From: the human T2T-CHM13v2.0 reference genome, Homo sapiens
Length of the DNA: 64,000 nt
Assembly (NCBI RefSeq): GCF_009914755.1
Contig: NC_060934.1
Strand: one strand, 5' to 3'
The notes beneath the pieces are model-generated. The model worked only from the letters and a program-made list of their open reading frames with translations, was not told the DNA's origin and made no database searches. Of this stretch, positions 60,871 through 64,000 are shown piece by piece. Made by a program: the position numbers and the translations under genes. The stretch's first letter is position 1; each line of letters opens with the position of its first letter.

Positions 60871-63299
60871 AGCCTTCAGTAGTTACATTTGGTAAGAGAT
60901 AGTCAGGCGATGAAAACCATCCCTTAGAGGTCACTCCATCAAACCTCATTACACAGATGAGGGAAGGGAAGCCCGGAGCTTAAGTGATTTGCCCAAGGTT
61001 GTACGTTAATGATAAAGCCTCTTGACTTCCATTCCAATGCATTTTACTCTCTAAAAACTTCTGGAAAGGATTCCCAAACAAAGATAAGAAACAGCTGGCA
61101 GGAGTTTTGTTGGGTTTTTTTTTAAGTTTTTTTTTAAATTTTCTTTTTCATATGTGGAGATTGTGAGGCAATATTTCCAAATCAGGGTTTTCTTTTATTA
61201 ATGATAATTTTGTACTAATTCTATAACAGTGTGTTTATTCCTCAGATGAATCCAGGGCTGTGTGAGGAATCAAAGAGGACAACTTCATGAAATGGATCAT
61301 CAGATTTTCTATATTTTGAATAATTTTTTAATACAGAGATTCCTTGATTTTGAATAATCTGAAAAGCCATGATCTGAAAAATTGTGCCCTCTAATAACAT
61401 GACAGATTCTTAGTCTAGAATAAAGGAAGCAAAATTCATGAACTTCAAGGGAGTTCCTGAAAGAAGCTGATAAAACTATTTACTTTATCTCATGTATCTA
61501 GGAAAATTTCCAAGTCAGCAGTTGTGATTGTGGTCTCCGCTAGTCTAAGACAGCCAATTTCCTAGTCTCCTTCCAACTTTTACTCAAAGTCGAATATCAC
61601 TACAAATAGCATGATATCCCTATATCATGCAATATGACATGAACTTAAAGGTTTCTAGGAAAAAAGAACATTACGTTTTTGAGCCTGCTTTGTTTTAGCT
61701 TCCCCTGACATTTAGGATGAATATAACTGGCCTATTCAGAGACTACCCAGGCAATCAAAAAACCAAGAATCCAAGCTGGGCTAAGCTAATGCTCAGGTTC
61801 AGTTTACAAATTGTTGTAAACACTTTCTGGCCAAATTAAACTCCATCTGGGGAACTGGGGAATGATGAAGTCTTCCCTAAATTCCAGCATTCTACCTGTC
61901 CACCTGGATCATCTTTGGAGCCCTCCACCATGGAGCCTCACAAGTTCTTCATAAAGATATGTCATAAACATCTCCTGACAACCTCTCTCCTCTCTGGGGT
62001 TTTGCACTTAGCTGTCTGCTTGGCAGCCAGTCCTGGAACATTTGATGGGGGCTCTGCTGCTGGCCCCCCTCCAAATGGGCAGACCTGGGAATTTGTAGCC
62101 ATACATTTAAATAGCTTATTTAGCTGTGCATGTTCCACATTAATTGCTCCTTCCTTCAATTGGATTTGTGCTTGGTAATTTTCTCCTTACACAGAGAATA
62201 CAGATAAAATTTGATGGGTTGTGCTGGCCCTGGGCCGGTCAACTGCAAAGCTTCCTTTCTCATTAGTAACTATGAGTGCAGAGGACAGGCAGGGATGTCA
62301 TGGATCATGGGGAGCTGGTGGGGCTCCATGTTTCAGAGAGTGGGGATTGAACTTGCCTGACCCATGATTCATGCCTCTTCTTTTCAGCTTCCTCCCCAGA
62401 TTTTGCCAATGGGAGACTGCAGGACCTGCCAAGCACAGGATGGCCCTCCAGAAACTTGCTTAATGATTTCAGATAGGGGGCACAAAATAACTATTTTCTA
62501 TCACATTCTCTGACCCCCAAGAAGTGGTTGAACACAACACAGGGCATTTTATCAGTCCTAGGACTGCTTTCTGCACATACTTTAAGCATTCTTGAAAGAG
62601 TTGGCCAATATAAGCTCCTTGCATAAAACAGAGCTTATAATTAGCAGAAAATGTGTTTCTTCCTCATGCTGTGTTCTGGTTCAACAAAGTTTTAGAGTTT
62701 CCGTGCTATATCTTCTGTGTTTGGCCAGGCAGCCCATATCTGCCTATCTCGCTCCCCACATCTATTTACCCAGACAGGCGCAGAGTGACTCCCCAAGAGA
62801 ACATTTTGGCCAGGACATTGTCAGTCCTCTAATCAGTGGTGGCAATGCCAGGCACTGAGAAATGCAAATCATCATCAAGAGAGAGTTCACCTAATGGCTC
62901 TGAGCACTCGGCTTGGGTTTAGAAGCTGCTTGTAGGTAGCTTTTTTTGCATACTGTGTGATTGTGACTTAGGGGCAATGCTGAAATTTATTAACAGCAAG
63001 CTTTGGCCTGACACCAGTGTCACACTGCATTAGAGAAAGTTCTGGCTTGCCTTGGTCATTCAGCCTGAGCCACAAACACCGCCTTGCTGCCTCTGATGGA
63101 TCTGTAATGTTGTTGATTAACTTTGCCTGCATTGGTTAAGGTGAAGAACTCAAGATGCCATATCTCTCTATGTAGCAGTGTGCTGGTGAGCCTTGAGGGT
63201 CAGTGGAAATGGAGGGAAAACTCCACGAGCTTCTCCCTTGGGTATATTTGTTCTTCATTGAATGTTACCAGTGCTAAAAAAAGGGGAGTGCCTCAGACT

Positions 63300-64000
63300 T
63301 AAGATGTCCTTCTCCTTCTCACCATCCCTTGGACAAACCCACTCCTCTTCTTATCTCCCTCCCCTTATTAAAGGGTGCTACCATCTGCCTCAGTTGTCCA
63401 AGCTAGAAATTGGGGACTATTATTCATGCTTTATTCCTCCCATGTCTCCAGACCTCAATTAGTAATCAAGTCCTGTCCCTCAGTCTCCACAATGTCACCT
63501 AAATATACTGCTTCCCCTTACTCTCATCATCAGTTACCTAATGCAGTTGCTTAGCTAGACCTGCGAAATAGCTTCAGCTCTGTTCTCCTGCCCTCATATC
63601 CCTTTTCATCCCCATCCAGCTCAATCCACCATTGACACCTCATTGTTTTAGTCTAAAATACAAATCTGCGTATGGCAAACCTCTTGTTTAAAACTGTCAG
63701 TGGCTCATATCACCTAGAGGATAGCATTCAGACTCCTCTCCATGCCATTTAAGATCTATGGCCTCCAATAGCCCCTCAATTTTTTCCACCTCACTTTCTG
63801 CTGTTCTTCTCCATATTCTTAGGCAATAGTGAGCCCCAAGTATATTCTTTCCCAGCCAAGCCAAACCCTTTCACATGACCCCTTCTACCTGAAGTGCCCT
63901 TTCTCCTGCCCTCTCAGCATGGAAAATTTATATCCACTTCTCTAGCTTTCACTCAAAGAGAACATCTTTTGTAGGACTCTCTCTGATGCCTTTGACCTGT
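63300..64000 (+). mobile_element. L2 remnant
   Basis: Pyrimidine-rich L2-like body (tcaagtcctgtc, aaaactgtcagtggctc, cttctacctgaagtgccctttctcc). Confidence 0.6.

Overview
Primate, very probably human, non-coding genomic DNA. It is dense in Alu, L1, MaLR/ERV LTR, MIR/L2 and DNA-transposon fossils. I could not support any intact host protein-coding gene; apart from L1 ORF2 remnants, the ORF track appears spurious. The most unusual structure is a ~4.9 kb head-to-head L1PA palindrome (22286-27207). Its two ~1.5 kb arms each carry a poly(A) tail and share about a dozen non-consensus variants, including an ORF2 nonsense codon. Their distal 3'UTRs nevertheless look like different L1PA subfamilies, which suggests arm-to-arm gene conversion. 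Other notable items: a 5'-truncated EI24 processed pseudogene (20279-21365); a perfect 209-bp tandem duplication inside an old nested LTR; a TSD-less AluY joining two different interrupted DNA transposons (probable deletion scar); a CpG-retaining CTCF/STAT/NF-kB/ETS motif cluster near 41.9 kb; and a double-CCAAT/AP-1/TATA cluster near 0.5 kb. Repeat family calls come from recalled consensus sequences, and boundaries of old repeats are approximate. I cannot claim a new biological system from sequence alone.
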